From the IMG/VR virus record IMGVR_UViG_3300009376_000006: 64,000 nucleotides of DNA; one strand, 5' to 3'. Origin of the DNA: an uncultured virus (IMG/VR IMGVR_UViG_3300009376_000006). Its lineage: Duplodnaviria > Heunggongvirae > Uroviricota > Caudoviricetes. The notes beneath the pieces are model-generated. The model saw nothing but the letters and a program-made list of their open reading frames with translations. It was not told the origin of the DNA and made no database searches. This document shows, in pieces, positions 51,162 through 59,920 of the stretch (within the stretch, counting starts at the first letter, position 1; each line of letters opens with the position of its first letter). The position numbers and the translations under genes are program-made.

Positions 51162-52033
51162 CCGACGACGCTTGGAAGATCGAAGCCATGAAGGCGTCGA
51201 TGAAGAACCGGTCCACGCTGGTCTCCCTGATACACCCTATGCTCCTGCGAGACTACCGGGAGAACTCTGATCTGCGGGACACTGAGCACTTCCACCCCAG
51301 CGAGGTGTGCAAGCGTGACTGGTGCATCCGACAGACCATGTGCCGGATGTTCGGGGAGAAGGAGACCAACCCCGAGCGGGCCAAGTCCTTTCAGGTGCTC
51401 AACATCTTTGCCGAGGGCCACCGCATCCACCACAAGTGGCAGGAGTGGCTCAGGCAGGCCGGGGTCCTACGCGGCAAGTGGTCCTGCAACGTCTGTTACA
51501 ACACGTGGGACGGGGACGATACCTGCACCTACTGCAAGTCCCGGGACGTGACCTACCGGGAGGTCCCTGTCCATGACCACGAACACCACCTACTGGGCCA
51601 CGCTGACGGGCGCTTGGACCTGCCCGACGGCGAGGCCCTGCTGGAGGTCAAGAGCGTGGGCATCGGGACCTTCCGGTACGAGGACATGGGCCTGTTCAAC
51701 AGGTACGCCCACAAGGAGATCACCGCTGAGGAGATGTGGCGCTCGGTGAACCGGCCGTTCCTCTCCCACCTGAAGCAGGGCAGCCTGTACATGCACGCCA
51801 CCGGCATCCACCGTATGATCTTCGTCTATGAGTGGAAGGCCGGTCAGGAGGTGAAGGAGTTCACGGTCAAGTACCAGCCGGACGTTATCGCTGACGTTCT
51901 CGCTGCCTGCCGGGTCGGGCTCAAGTACCTACAGACGGGGACCCTGCCACCTGCACCTGAGTGGGCCGAGAAGGACAAGGCCCCGTGCCGCTACTGCCCC
52001 TACCGTGATTCCTGCTGGAAGGATCGTTCCTAA
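51158..52033 (+). CDS. Cas4-like PD-(D/E)XK exonuclease
   Basis: HPSE..C, G..IH, GHADG...LEVKS, Q..LY, C..CPY...C. Confidence 0.82.
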   Translation: MTDDAWKIEAMKASMKNRSTLVSLIHPMLLRDYRENSDLRDTEHFHPSEVCKRDWCIRQTMCRMFGEKETNPERAKSFQVLNIFAEGHRIHHKWQEWLRQAGVLRGKWSCNVCYNTWDGDDTCTYCKSRDVTYREVPVHDHEHHLLGHADGRLDLPDGEALLEVKSVGIGTFRYEDMGLFNRYAHKEITAEEMWRSVNRPFLSHLKQGSLYMHATGIHRMIFVYEWKAGQEVKEFTVKYQPDVIADVLAACRVGLKYLQTGTLPPAPEWAEKDKAPCRYCPYRDSCWKDRS

Positions 52034-52509
52034 TGTCTCTCCCTGAAGTCCAAGCCCGGTTCGACCTCAAGTTCACGTCCCCCGAGAGGCCCGGCAACAG
52101 CATGCCGACGCTCCCGGTGGGGCTGGACGACATGCCCGATTCGGACCTCATGTCCCTGTACAGCGAGGTGGTTGCGTGGGTCAACTACGCCAAGTCCGAA
52201 CTGACCAAGGCCGAGATTCTAGAGGAGTCGGCGCTCAGCGCTTTAAGGCAGGTTGAGGCCGAGGTTCTGCTGGACCAGTGGGAGGCCGTGGGCAAGGGCG
52301 ACCGGGTCACCATGGCCAAGGCGAGGCGGGACATTGACGAGCGTGTGGTTGCCCAGCACGAGCGCCACCAGCAGTCCCGTGCCTTTCGCAAGATGGTGAG
52401 TACCGTGTTCGACCGTGGGGAGAGGAATGCCAACGTCATCTCCCGGGAACTCAGCCGACGCATCAGCCTCGCTCCCAACGAGCGTCGCCTCCAGTGGACA
52501 GGCGCTTAG
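52033..52509 (+). CDS. Helical protein, possible UvsY-like recombination mediator
   Basis: Coiled coil ending ISRELSRR; context of RecA and nuclease. Confidence 0.5.
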   Translation: MSLPEVQARFDLKFTSPERPGNSMPTLPVGLDDMPDSDLMSLYSEVVAWVNYAKSELTKAEILEESALSALRQVEAEVLLDQWEAVGKGDRVTMAKARRDIDERVVAQHERHQQSRAFRKMVSTVFDRGERNANVISRELSRRISLAPNERRLQWTGA

Positions 52510-52745
52510 TGGGCACCTTAGATACTGAGGCTATGCGCCAACGGTTCAGCGACAGGGCTGAGGCTGTCAAGTCCCGCACCATGCCCCCGATTGCTGGAGC
52601 GGAGCGTCTAGCCTTTATCGCTCAATCACAAACGGACTACCAAGACTTCGCCATGATCGCTGATTGTGAGTTCAGCCTCAAGGGCGGGGTACTAACCATG
52701 ACGCTTGATCTACGGCCAAAGGAGGCCAGAGATTCCGATGAGTAA
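52509..52745 (+). CDS. Hypothetical protein
   Basis: TAGTG overlap; RFSDRAEAVKSRTMPPIAGAER...LTMTLDLRP. Confidence 0.7.
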   Translation: MGTLDTEAMRQRFSDRAEAVKSRTMPPIAGAERLAFIAQSQTDYQDFAMIADCEFSLKGGVLTMTLDLRPKEARDSDE

Positions 52746-53103
52746 TCCGTCCAAGAGGAAGGGCACGGCCTTTGAGGTACTCGTCAAGGAGTATTTCCAA
52801 AGGGGCCCCTTCAAAGCCGCTCACCGAGTAGCCCTATCTGGAATCAACGACACGGGCGACATCAACGGGATCATCAACCGTGAAACTGGACGGGAGGTGG
52901 CAGTCCAGTGCAAGAACCAGAAGACCTTCAAACTCAGCGAATGGTTGGACGATACTGTTGAGCAAGCAGGTAAACTAGGCAACGCCGTCCCCCTGCTGGT
53001 CGTAAAGCGTCCCGGGAAGGGCGCTCAGAGCCTCGATGAGACCTATGCGGTGATGCGGTTGTGTGATGCGGTCGCACTCTTGGAGGAGGCTGGCTACGCC
53101 TAA
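52738..53103 (+). CDS. Holliday junction resolvase (Hjc-like PD-(D/E)XK)
   Basis: SKRKGTAFE...DTGDI...VQCKN. Confidence 0.78.
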   Translation: MSNPSKRKGTAFEVLVKEYFQRGPFKAAHRVALSGINDTGDINGIINRETGREVAVQCKNQKTFKLSEWLDDTVEQAGKLGNAVPLLVVKRPGKGAQSLDETYAVMRLCDAVALLEEAGYA

Positions 53104-53146
53104 ACTATGGGGCGACACAGCAATCGTTCCATAAGGGAGTAGTCAC

Positions 53147-53443
53147 ATGTCAGAAGAGCCAACGCCCGTAGTTTCCAACGACTCCATCATCAAGGTCTCC
53201 GGCTCCAGCAACCCACAGAGCGTGGGTTCTATTCTTGCTAGGGCCATCAGTGCTGGGCACACACCCAAGATGCGGGCCATCGGCGCCAGCGCTGTGAACC
53301 AGTCAGTGAAGGCGTGCGCCATTGCCCGAGGGTTTGTGGCCCCGAGGGGTCTGGATGTCTCCTACATCATTGGATTTGATGATATTATTGGGGACAACGG
53401 TGATTCCATATCAGCGATGTTCTTCAGGCCGGTAGTTAATTGA
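53147..53443 (+). CDS. spoVS: SpoVS-family (Alba-like) protein
   Basis: KVSGSSNPQSVG...RAIGASAVNQSVKACAIARGFVAPRGLD. Confidence 0.9.
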   Translation: MSEEPTPVVSNDSIIKVSGSSNPQSVGSILARAISAGHTPKMRAIGASAVNQSVKACAIARGFVAPRGLDVSYIIGFDDIIGDNGDSISAMFFRPVVN

Positions 53444-53649
53444 AGATTCCCAACCAGAAGCAGGCCCTAGAGGCCCTCCGTGGGGAGGACGAGAACACCC
53501 GTGTCTGGCCCACCGAGGCGCCTTCCTCGGGCGGAAAGGTCAAGCGACGTGCTGCCCGGTTCAAGCGGCCTATCACTCCTGCTGGCTACGCCGCCAGCGG
53601 CGCACTCACGTCTGTAGGAGCCGTGGGCTCACAAGGAATGGGGGCGTAG
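53440..53649 (+). CDS. Hypothetical protein
   Basis: Operon packing. Confidence 0.5.
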   Translation: MKIPNQKQALEALRGEDENTRVWPTEAPSSGGKVKRRAARFKRPITPAGYAASGALTSVGAVGSQGMGA

Positions 53650-54194
53650 TGCCAATAGGACCAGACTCACACCGTGATGGGGCCCCACGCTGGGACCGCA
53701 GCACTCTGCACGACTTCGGTGCCGAAGAAGAGCACGACGTTGACCCCGTGGACGAGGGCAGGCTGTACGGTGACTCTCCGCCGATGGATGATCTTGGCGA
53801 CCTCGTGGACCCCCAGAACGGGACATACGTGGAGGACGGCACCCACGGTCAGGGGCTTGGCCAGATTGTCGAAGGCGTGGGTAATATCATCGGTGGCTCT
53901 GTAGACATGGCCCTGCACCCCCTTACCATCGGTGCCGCTGCTGGGTACTACGCAGCCAAGAGGGGTCTGGGCTCCCTCCGACGTGGTAAGGGTGGCAACG
54001 ATGGTGGCAACGAGGGCGACAGCGGCGGCGGTGGTGACTTTCCGACGCCCAGCCGCCCTGACAGAGGGGGACCGACGAGGGGATCGCTTCGGCCCCGTGA
54101 TACTACGCCGCCTAGACGTGATCCGCCGCTGAAGGGGCCGCTTCAGCGCCGTAAGCCGCCTGAGCCGCCTAGACGTGATGATCCGCTCTTGTAA
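53649..54194 (+). CDS. Hypothetical protein with Gly/Pro/Arg-rich tail
   Basis: One hydrophobic segment; PPRRD repeats. Confidence 0.6.
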   Translation: MPIGPDSHRDGAPRWDRSTLHDFGAEEEHDVDPVDEGRLYGDSPPMDDLGDLVDPQNGTYVEDGTHGQGLGQIVEGVGNIIGGSVDMALHPLTIGAAAGYYAAKRGLGSLRRGKGGNDGGNEGDSGGGGDFPTPSRPDRGGPTRGSLRPRDTTPPRRDPPLKGPLQRRKPPEPPRRDDPLL

Positions 54195-54203
54195 GGATTA
54201 GTC

Positions 54204-54716
54204 TTGCCACAGGGAACCACACCCAACGCAGCGGTCTTCGCTAACTGGAACAGCCCCTCTGAACCACCGGGGGCTGCGACCACTGCTGCCCTAGGACCAG
54301 CCCCCAACTTCAGGAGTACTAAGGACTACCTCCTGTCCGGGTACCGCACGGGCGTGGAGACGCAGTTCCCCGATGGCTACCTCGGCCCCATGGAGGGGAA
54401 CCGACGGGCCGACAAGATTCTGGGCCACATTGAACGAATGAACCTCCGGCAGTACAGCCGGGGCGTTCACAAGGGCGAGCGTATCAACCCCACCGACTAC
54501 ATCTGGCCTGATGAGTTCAACAAGTTCACCGGATTGCAGATGATGGACGCCGGACTGAAGTACGCCCCGCCCGGGATGGAGCCACAGCGCCTCACCAATG
54601 ATGGTAAGATTAGTGCCAAGGAATCCATGACCAGAGCACAGCCGGGGGCAGAGAAGATACCGGTCAATCCCGAGAGGCAGTCCCGACTAAGGCACCTGAT
54701 GCCATTGTACCGATGA
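54204..54716 (+). CDS. Hypothetical protein
   Basis: AAGGA RBS plus TTG; FPDGYLG...YSRGVHKGERI. Confidence 0.7.
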   Translation: MPQGTTPNAAVFANWNSPSEPPGAATTAALGPAPNFRSTKDYLLSGYRTGVETQFPDGYLGPMEGNRRADKILGHIERMNLRQYSRGVHKGERINPTDYIWPDEFNKFTGLQMMDAGLKYAPPGMEPQRLTNDGKISAKESMTRAQPGAEKIPVNPERQSRLRHLMPLYR

Positions 54717-54967
54717 TTAACCACCGCAACCAGCACAACGACGACCGCACCAAGACGGAAGCCTCCCGTGAGGGACGGGCCACTCTCTGGGATGTCGATC
54801 CGGTCACACAGGCTCGGGTACGGACGTACCTGTACTGGGAGCGCTTGGCGGTTCAGGAGTCCTCCGAGGAGCGTAGTGACATTGAGTTCGCTGCCCTATC
54901 CGGCCCCAATGTTGGTCCCGTTGCACGAGGTTACGAGTCCAGTAGGCACCGGAGTCCCCCCCAGTGA
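54713..54967 (+). CDS. Hypothetical protein
   Basis: ATGA coupling. Confidence 0.5.
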   Translation: MINHRNQHNDDRTKTEASREGRATLWDVDPVTQARVRTYLYWERLAVQESSEERSDIEFAALSGPNVGPVARGYESSRHRSPPQ

Positions 54968-55293
54968 ACAGCGGTGAGGGGAACGGGCATTCGTGTGAGC
55001 ATGACCGTGGTAACTGCATGTCCCATCACAAGGGACAGGCTCAGGAGGTATACGGAGGGCGCACGTCCCACGAGAACCGTCGGTTAAACGGTGACAGCAG
55101 GTTTGTCGGTGGCCGTCCTTTGGACCGTGACGCCCCGGTCCCCACACAGGCTCCGCCCGACCACACCTTCACGGTCAGGGAGTCGGTTGAACAGGAACAG
55201 TGGCGCCTGCTGATGGAGGAGACCCCCGGGGATACTCTGGGAAGTCCTTCGGTGCTGGACCCCCTGTTCTCACCGCGCCTGCCGTTCGGGTAG
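54964..55293 (+). CDS. Hypothetical protein
   Basis: GTGA coupling. Confidence 0.5.
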   Translation: MNSGEGNGHSCEHDRGNCMSHHKGQAQEVYGGRTSHENRRLNGDSRFVGGRPLDRDAPVPTQAPPDHTFTVRESVEQEQWRLLMEETPGDTLGSPSVLDPLFSPRLPFG

Positions 55294-55299
55294 GCCACC

Positions 55300-55668
55300 A
55301 TGGCAGAGAAGACGGAGCGGGGCGGGAGCCCCATCGCCCAGTCCTTCCCTATCCAGCAGTACCGGCAGAACAAGAGGCCGTGGCAGACGAGGCAGGAGTT
55401 CCTCGTGGATCAGGCCCTTGAGGCGGCCATCTCAGATCCCGAGACGATTCGCGCTACTAGGCCCGTGGTTCCTATGGAGTTGATGCCCGACTACCGGGGA
55501 TACGTGAAGCACGAGCACAACATTATGAGCGTTCTGAACACGTCACGAGCAGTACCGTCGTACCGCTCGTGGGTTTCGGGCGCTCCCGTGATGCTTCACA
55601 ACGGTTCACTCGTGGACGACACGTTCTCCGGCTCGGGGCGGTACTCGATGTCGCCACTGTGGGCGTAA
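55300..55668 (+). CDS. Hypothetical protein
   Basis: ORF with phage-like codon usage. Confidence 0.65.
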   Translation: MAEKTERGGSPIAQSFPIQQYRQNKRPWQTRQEFLVDQALEAAISDPETIRATRPVVPMELMPDYRGYVKHEHNIMSVLNTSRAVPSYRSWVSGAPVMLHNGSLVDDTFSGSGRYSMSPLWA

Positions 55669-55711
55669 CCGGTGCCCTGCTGGCTTGGTAGGAGAGTGGT
55701 AGAATAGAGGC

Positions 55712-56623
55712 ATGGCAGCACGTTATGTAAACCCCGAGAACGTGGCCGCACAGGGCCAGTCGTTCTATACCGGCCTGCACCCCGCAGAGTACGGCAGTGG
55801 TGGTGGTGGTGCCCAGAGAAACGTATACGGCGCTGGCTCCGGTGGATCGGCGGGTATCGGAGCAGACCGCACCGGCTCTGACGCTGGGCGGGCATGGGCG
55901 TACAGCCCCATCGGTATCCGCATTGGTCAGGCCAAGAGCGACACCGACCGCATTGTTGAGGCTATCAAAGCACTACCCCATGGAGAGGCAGAGGGCCTCC
56001 GTGACAAATCACGGACGGGTCCGGAGGCGCTGAAGCAACTGCGTAAGGGTAACGGGCAGTCCAACGGTGGCCAGACTCCTCCCGATGGCGGAACCCCCCC
56101 TGATAACGGAACCCCCCCTGATGACGGATTTAGTTTCGGAGGCTTCTTCGGAGGTGGCGTTGACGATGACGATGACATAATCGACGTTGAGTGGTGGGAT
56201 ACTGACCGTGGGGGTAGCCAGTCGTCCACGCGCATCGGGTCTCGCCCCGCCATCGCTCCAATGCGTGCCCTCCCAGCCCCTGCTACGGAGTCCATGGGCG
56301 GTACCGCTACACGGACCGCCAGCAGGCCCACACTGTCGCTTCCCAGATGGACGGCCGATACCCGAGCGAAGATGGACGCTCGCAATGAGCGTGACCGCGC
56401 TAAGCGGTCGGAGACTAGAGAACTAGTTGACTTAGGTAAGGGCGTGAAGAGTGGGGCCTACATGCCCGCTACTGATGCACTTTGGGCCATGAAGGGCGTC
56501 GCGTCTTCGCTCCGCGACGAGTCCGGGGACGACGAGTCCGGGTACTTCGACGCTGCGGTGAAGGGCATGTGGGGAGCCTACGCTCATCAGCCCGCTTCCC
56601 GAGCGCACTCTAGGTTTAGGTAA
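55712..56623 (+). CDS. Gly-rich hypothetical protein
   Basis: Extended -10 six nt before the ATG; PPDxGT tandem repeats. Confidence 0.65.
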   Translation: MAARYVNPENVAAQGQSFYTGLHPAEYGSGGGGAQRNVYGAGSGGSAGIGADRTGSDAGRAWAYSPIGIRIGQAKSDTDRIVEAIKALPHGEAEGLRDKSRTGPEALKQLRKGNGQSNGGQTPPDGGTPPDNGTPPDDGFSFGGFFGGGVDDDDDIIDVEWWDTDRGGSQSSTRIGSRPAIAPMRALPAPATESMGGTATRTASRPTLSLPRWTADTRAKMDARNERDRAKRSETRELVDLGKGVKSGAYMPATDALWAMKGVASSLRDESGDDESGYFDAAVKGMWGAYAHQPASRAHSRFR

Positions 56624-56661
56624 TCCACCACTCACTACTCCGTATCTGATAGGATATAGCC

Positions 56662-56871
56662 ATGGCAGTTAACGAATCCCGCTCAATGAACCAAGACATG
56701 TCGCAGGGTAAGAACGACGGCAAGTACAAGTGGCTGTCCCCTGACCGGGGAGGTGAGGTGGACTTCACCAACATCACCCGCCGGGCGCGGGAACTTCCGT
56801 GGCACTATGGTCTGGACACGGGAGGGTTCCCCGTGAAGGTTCTTTCCGAGCCTGTCGAACCCCCCAAATAG
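56662..56871 (+). CDS. Hypothetical protein
   Basis: Extended -10 six nt before the ATG. Confidence 0.65.
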   Translation: MAVNESRSMNQDMSQGKNDGKYKWLSPDRGGEVDFTNITRRARELPWHYGLDTGGFPVKVLSEPVEPPK

Positions 56872-56907
56872 AAACAACACTCGTCTACAACTTCTGGAGC
56901 ACAACCT

Positions 56908-57438
56908 ATGCCACGCCTTCTGGTGTGTAAGCCCTGCGGCGTACTCTACAACATGCGGGATTACGACGGTCCCCCGGAGTACGACATGGAACTCTTGGAC
57001 GTTATCGACCGGCACCTGTCGCAGTCTGCGGACCACCGTCCCGAGTCCCACACTTCTATGATCTTCCGGTGCGACGAAGAGACCGCCTCCAAGTTGGACA
57101 TGGAGACAGAGGTCAAACAGGAACTCCTGAAGAACGAGATCGAGGTGCGGGAGATTCGCAACGATCTCAAGGAGGACGCTCTCAAGTGCTTCTCCAAGCA
57201 CGGCCGCCCCAAGGCCGACTGTGTCGATTACTGCGACGACTCCAAGACCATCGGGCGCAAGGTTGGCGTGCCGAAGAGCAAGCGCATGTACCTCTGCATG
57301 TTCTGCCCGGTTCAGGAGCACTACCAGTACCACATCCGCAAGGACAAGGGACTGTATTCCACGAAGCACGACACTGTGGACAGGATCAAGCCGACCAGCA
57401 GGACAAACGGCAAGAAACTCTGGACCCCACGGGGCTGA
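56908..57438 (+). CDS. Cys/His-rich (Zn-binding) hypothetical protein
   Basis: C..C; C...H.RP...C.DY; LCMFCP. Confidence 0.7.
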   Translation: MPRLLVCKPCGVLYNMRDYDGPPEYDMELLDVIDRHLSQSADHRPESHTSMIFRCDEETASKLDMETEVKQELLKNEIEVREIRNDLKEDALKCFSKHGRPKADCVDYCDDSKTIGRKVGVPKSKRMYLCMFCPVQEHYQYHIRKDKGLYSTKHDTVDRIKPTSRTNGKKLWTPRG

Positions 57439-57442
57439 TCCC

Positions 57443-57925
57443 ATGATCCTCATCACGATGGACACTCTGGCCCACCCCGGGGATACGGTGGGCGAGAGGC
57501 TCCCGAGCATTGAGGGACGGCGCCTCTGGAACCTCCTGTTCCAACAGTACAATGGAAGTATCATCCTCATTGCGGATGCAAGGGACGACAGGGACCATCT
57601 TGAACACTGGCTTAAAGCGGGCAACTTCAAGCCCAGCATGATCGACTACGCCTCCGACAACAGCCCTCGGTCCAAGGTGCTCCGTGCCACGCAGTTGAGG
57701 AACGCCTTCGGGAGCGTCCACTGGTTCGTGGACGTGGACCCCTACAGCGCACAGTTGGCTCTGGAGGACGGACTCCCTACCCTCATCACGGTCACTCCGG
57801 CCGTGCCACGGTCCGAGTGGAGGGACGACCGGCCAGACAAGAAGAAACCGTGGGACTCCCTCGTGGAGGAGATCGACCGGCAGAAGATCATGCGTGCCGA
57901 GGCGAACTGGGGTGAGCGGGAGTGA
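57443..57925 (+). CDS. Hypothetical protein, possible degenerate HAD-like fold
   Basis: MILITMDTL...WL...FVDVDP pattern. Confidence 0.5.
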   Translation: MILITMDTLAHPGDTVGERLPSIEGRRLWNLLFQQYNGSIILIADARDDRDHLEHWLKAGNFKPSMIDYASDNSPRSKVLRATQLRNAFGSVHWFVDVDPYSAQLALEDGLPTLITVTPAVPRSEWRDDRPDKKKPWDSLVEEIDRQKIMRAEANWGERE

Positions 57926-59349
57926 AGGTCTACTTCGGTGGGGCGGAGAAGGGAACGTACCGTTCTATCCTTCTGTCCGCCGGGGTCACCTCGTTCGCTG
58001 TCAACCTCACACAGTTCCCCATCCCCAAGCGCAAGGCTCTGGACCTCCAAGAGAAGTTCGGCGGGGGTGACGTTCTGGTCTACGCCTCAGAGGCAGACGA
58101 GGACATTGACCGCTTCGATGCCTTCGTGCGCCAGCACCTAGACGACATTGCAGTCGTCATCGGCCCCCCTGACTACGACGGGGCATGGCTGGGCCAGAAG
58201 TATTCTCCTGTCTGGAACGACAAGGAGGACATGGAGAGGCTCGCTTGGCTCTGCGAGAAGTACGGTCGTGTGGCCATCAGTGATCGTGCAATCAACAGCA
58301 AGACACTCCCGCGCATCAACCAACTCAAGCAGCGCTGGGGGTGCCACATGACGGCCCTCACGTCGAAGGTGGACTCCATCGAGGCAGGCCCGTGGGACGC
58401 TGTGGTAGTGGGCTCGTGGACCTCGGTCATCCGCTACGGCGAGACTCAGGTCTGGGACGGCCATGGCCTCCGTCGGTACCCAGCCCAGCAGAAGGAGTCG
58501 GCCCGTAAGAAGCACCGGGCCGACATCGTCCGTCTGGGAGTGGACTACGACGAGGTAATAGACGATTCAGTGTCGTCTCTGGGCCTGCTCGCCATCCGTT
58601 CGTGGTTGGCGTGGGCCGGGGCCTATGACCCCTCGGGGACCTCATCGGGTGAGGATGAGTTTGGGCCTAGTAGCGATCAAATGATTGCTATACCCCCCGA
58701 TGAGCACGACGGGGGTTCAGGGTCTTCCAACCTCCCTGATATTGTTATCGGTACCGTTCTAGAGCGGCACGAAGACGAGAAGGTATTGCTACCGGGTCTG
58801 GGTCTGGAAACGGTCACCTCCATAGGGGAGCAAACCACCTCTGAGCAGGGGGAACACCTAGAACTGGGCCCTACAGAGGTCACCACTGTGGCCAGTACCG
58901 GGGGCCTCCTAAGACAATGCAATAATTGTTATCTGGCCTCCCGATGTCCTGCATTCAAGGAACATTCAGAATGTGGCTTCAAGTTGCCCGTGGAGATAAG
59001 GACCAAGGACCAGTTGAACGCCGTCATGCGGGTCATGCTGGAGATGCAGGCGAGCCGTGTCCTGTTCGGCCGGTTCGCTGAGGAGTTGGAGGGGCAGGGT
59101 CTGGACCCGGCACTCTCGGCCGAGATGGACCGTCTCTTCACGCTCATCGACAAGATGAAGACCGTGAACGAGTCCCGTGAGGTGCTCTCCATCTCCATGG
59201 AGTCCCGGGGCAGCAGCGGGGTCCTGTCCCGTCTCTTCGGGTCCAAGGCTGGAGAGACCGCTCGCCAACTGCCGGGCGGTGGTCTGGACGCCGAGGAGAC
59301 AGACCAGTTGTACGGGGACATCATAGACGGGACGGTGCTTGACAGATGA
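57922..59349 (+). CDS. TGT/DpdA-like TIM-barrel protein with C-terminal Cys cluster
   Basis: KVYFGG, PVW, SW...RYGET.VW motifs; CNNCYLASRCP...EC. Confidence 0.45.
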   Translation: MKVYFGGAEKGTYRSILLSAGVTSFAVNLTQFPIPKRKALDLQEKFGGGDVLVYASEADEDIDRFDAFVRQHLDDIAVVIGPPDYDGAWLGQKYSPVWNDKEDMERLAWLCEKYGRVAISDRAINSKTLPRINQLKQRWGCHMTALTSKVDSIEAGPWDAVVVGSWTSVIRYGETQVWDGHGLRRYPAQQKESARKKHRADIVRLGVDYDEVIDDSVSSLGLLAIRSWLAWAGAYDPSGTSSGEDEFGPSSDQMIAIPPDEHDGGSGSSNLPDIVIGTVLERHEDEKVLLPGLGLETVTSIGEQTTSEQGEHLELGPTEVTTVASTGGLLRQCNNCYLASRCPAFKEHSECGFKLPVEIRTKDQLNAVMRVMLEMQASRVLFGRFAEELEGQGLDPALSAEMDRLFTLIDKMKTVNESREVLSISMESRGSSGVLSRLFGSKAGETARQLPGGGLDAEETDQLYGDIIDGTVLDR

Positions 59350-59504
59350 CCGTTCGGGAGTACTTCGAGAATGACGAGGACGACCCCATCCTCTTCGACG
59401 CCTTTGGCGTGGAGGGAGATTACTGCTACTACTGTGAGGAGTACACTCCCCTCACCGATCTGTCGTGGGACGGCCTGTGCGTTGAATGCGCTGAAGAGCA
59501 GTAG
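59346..59504 (+). CDS. Small acidic zinc-finger protein, 52 aa (not in ORF track)
   Basis: ATGA coupling; CYYC...CVEC. Confidence 0.6.
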   Translation: MTVREYFENDEDDPILFDAFGVEGDYCYYCEEYTPLTDLSWDGLCVECAEEQ

Positions 59505-59506
59505 GT

Positions 59507-59899
59507 ATGCCCGGGACCCCAGAATGGAACGGTAAGGCCCCCTGTCGTGGTCGGGCGCACTTCCTGTGGTACCCGCCGATGGAGTCCAAGGACCCCAACG
59601 CTTGGTACGAGATGGGACGGGTCATGTGCTCCACCTGTCCGGTCTGGGAGGACTGTCTAGAGTACGGGCAGGGCGAACGCTGGGGCATGTGGGGCGGCCT
59701 GACCCCCAAGGAGCGTAAGAAGCCCTCCACGACGCACGGCTCGTGGATTGACTTCAGGCGTGGTTGCAGGTGCCCGGTATGCTTTGCAGCGCACGATGAT
59801 CAGATGGCTGAGGAACCGATTGACCCGGACCTGTTGCCTGACCAGACCGTTCCGGTGTATGGTGATCCGAGCAGGCTCCTGTACGACATCACGTCTTGA
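59507..59899 (+). CDS. whiB: WhiB-family protein with extra C-terminal H...CxCxxC module
   Basis: W..KAPC...CSTCPVWEDCL...GMWGGLTPKER; HG...GCRCPVC. Confidence 0.88.
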   Translation: MPGTPEWNGKAPCRGRAHFLWYPPMESKDPNAWYEMGRVMCSTCPVWEDCLEYGQGERWGMWGGLTPKERKKPSTTHGSWIDFRRGCRCPVCFAAHDDQMAEEPIDPDLLPDQTVPVYGDPSRLLYDITS

Positions 59900-59920
59900 C
59901 CCCGACACCTGCTCTCTCCT

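Noticed and set aside
51158..52033. CRISPR-Cas system suggested by the Cas4-like nuclease
   Set aside because: No repeat-spacer array or other cas genes; stand-alone Cas4-like nucleases are common in phage recombination modules
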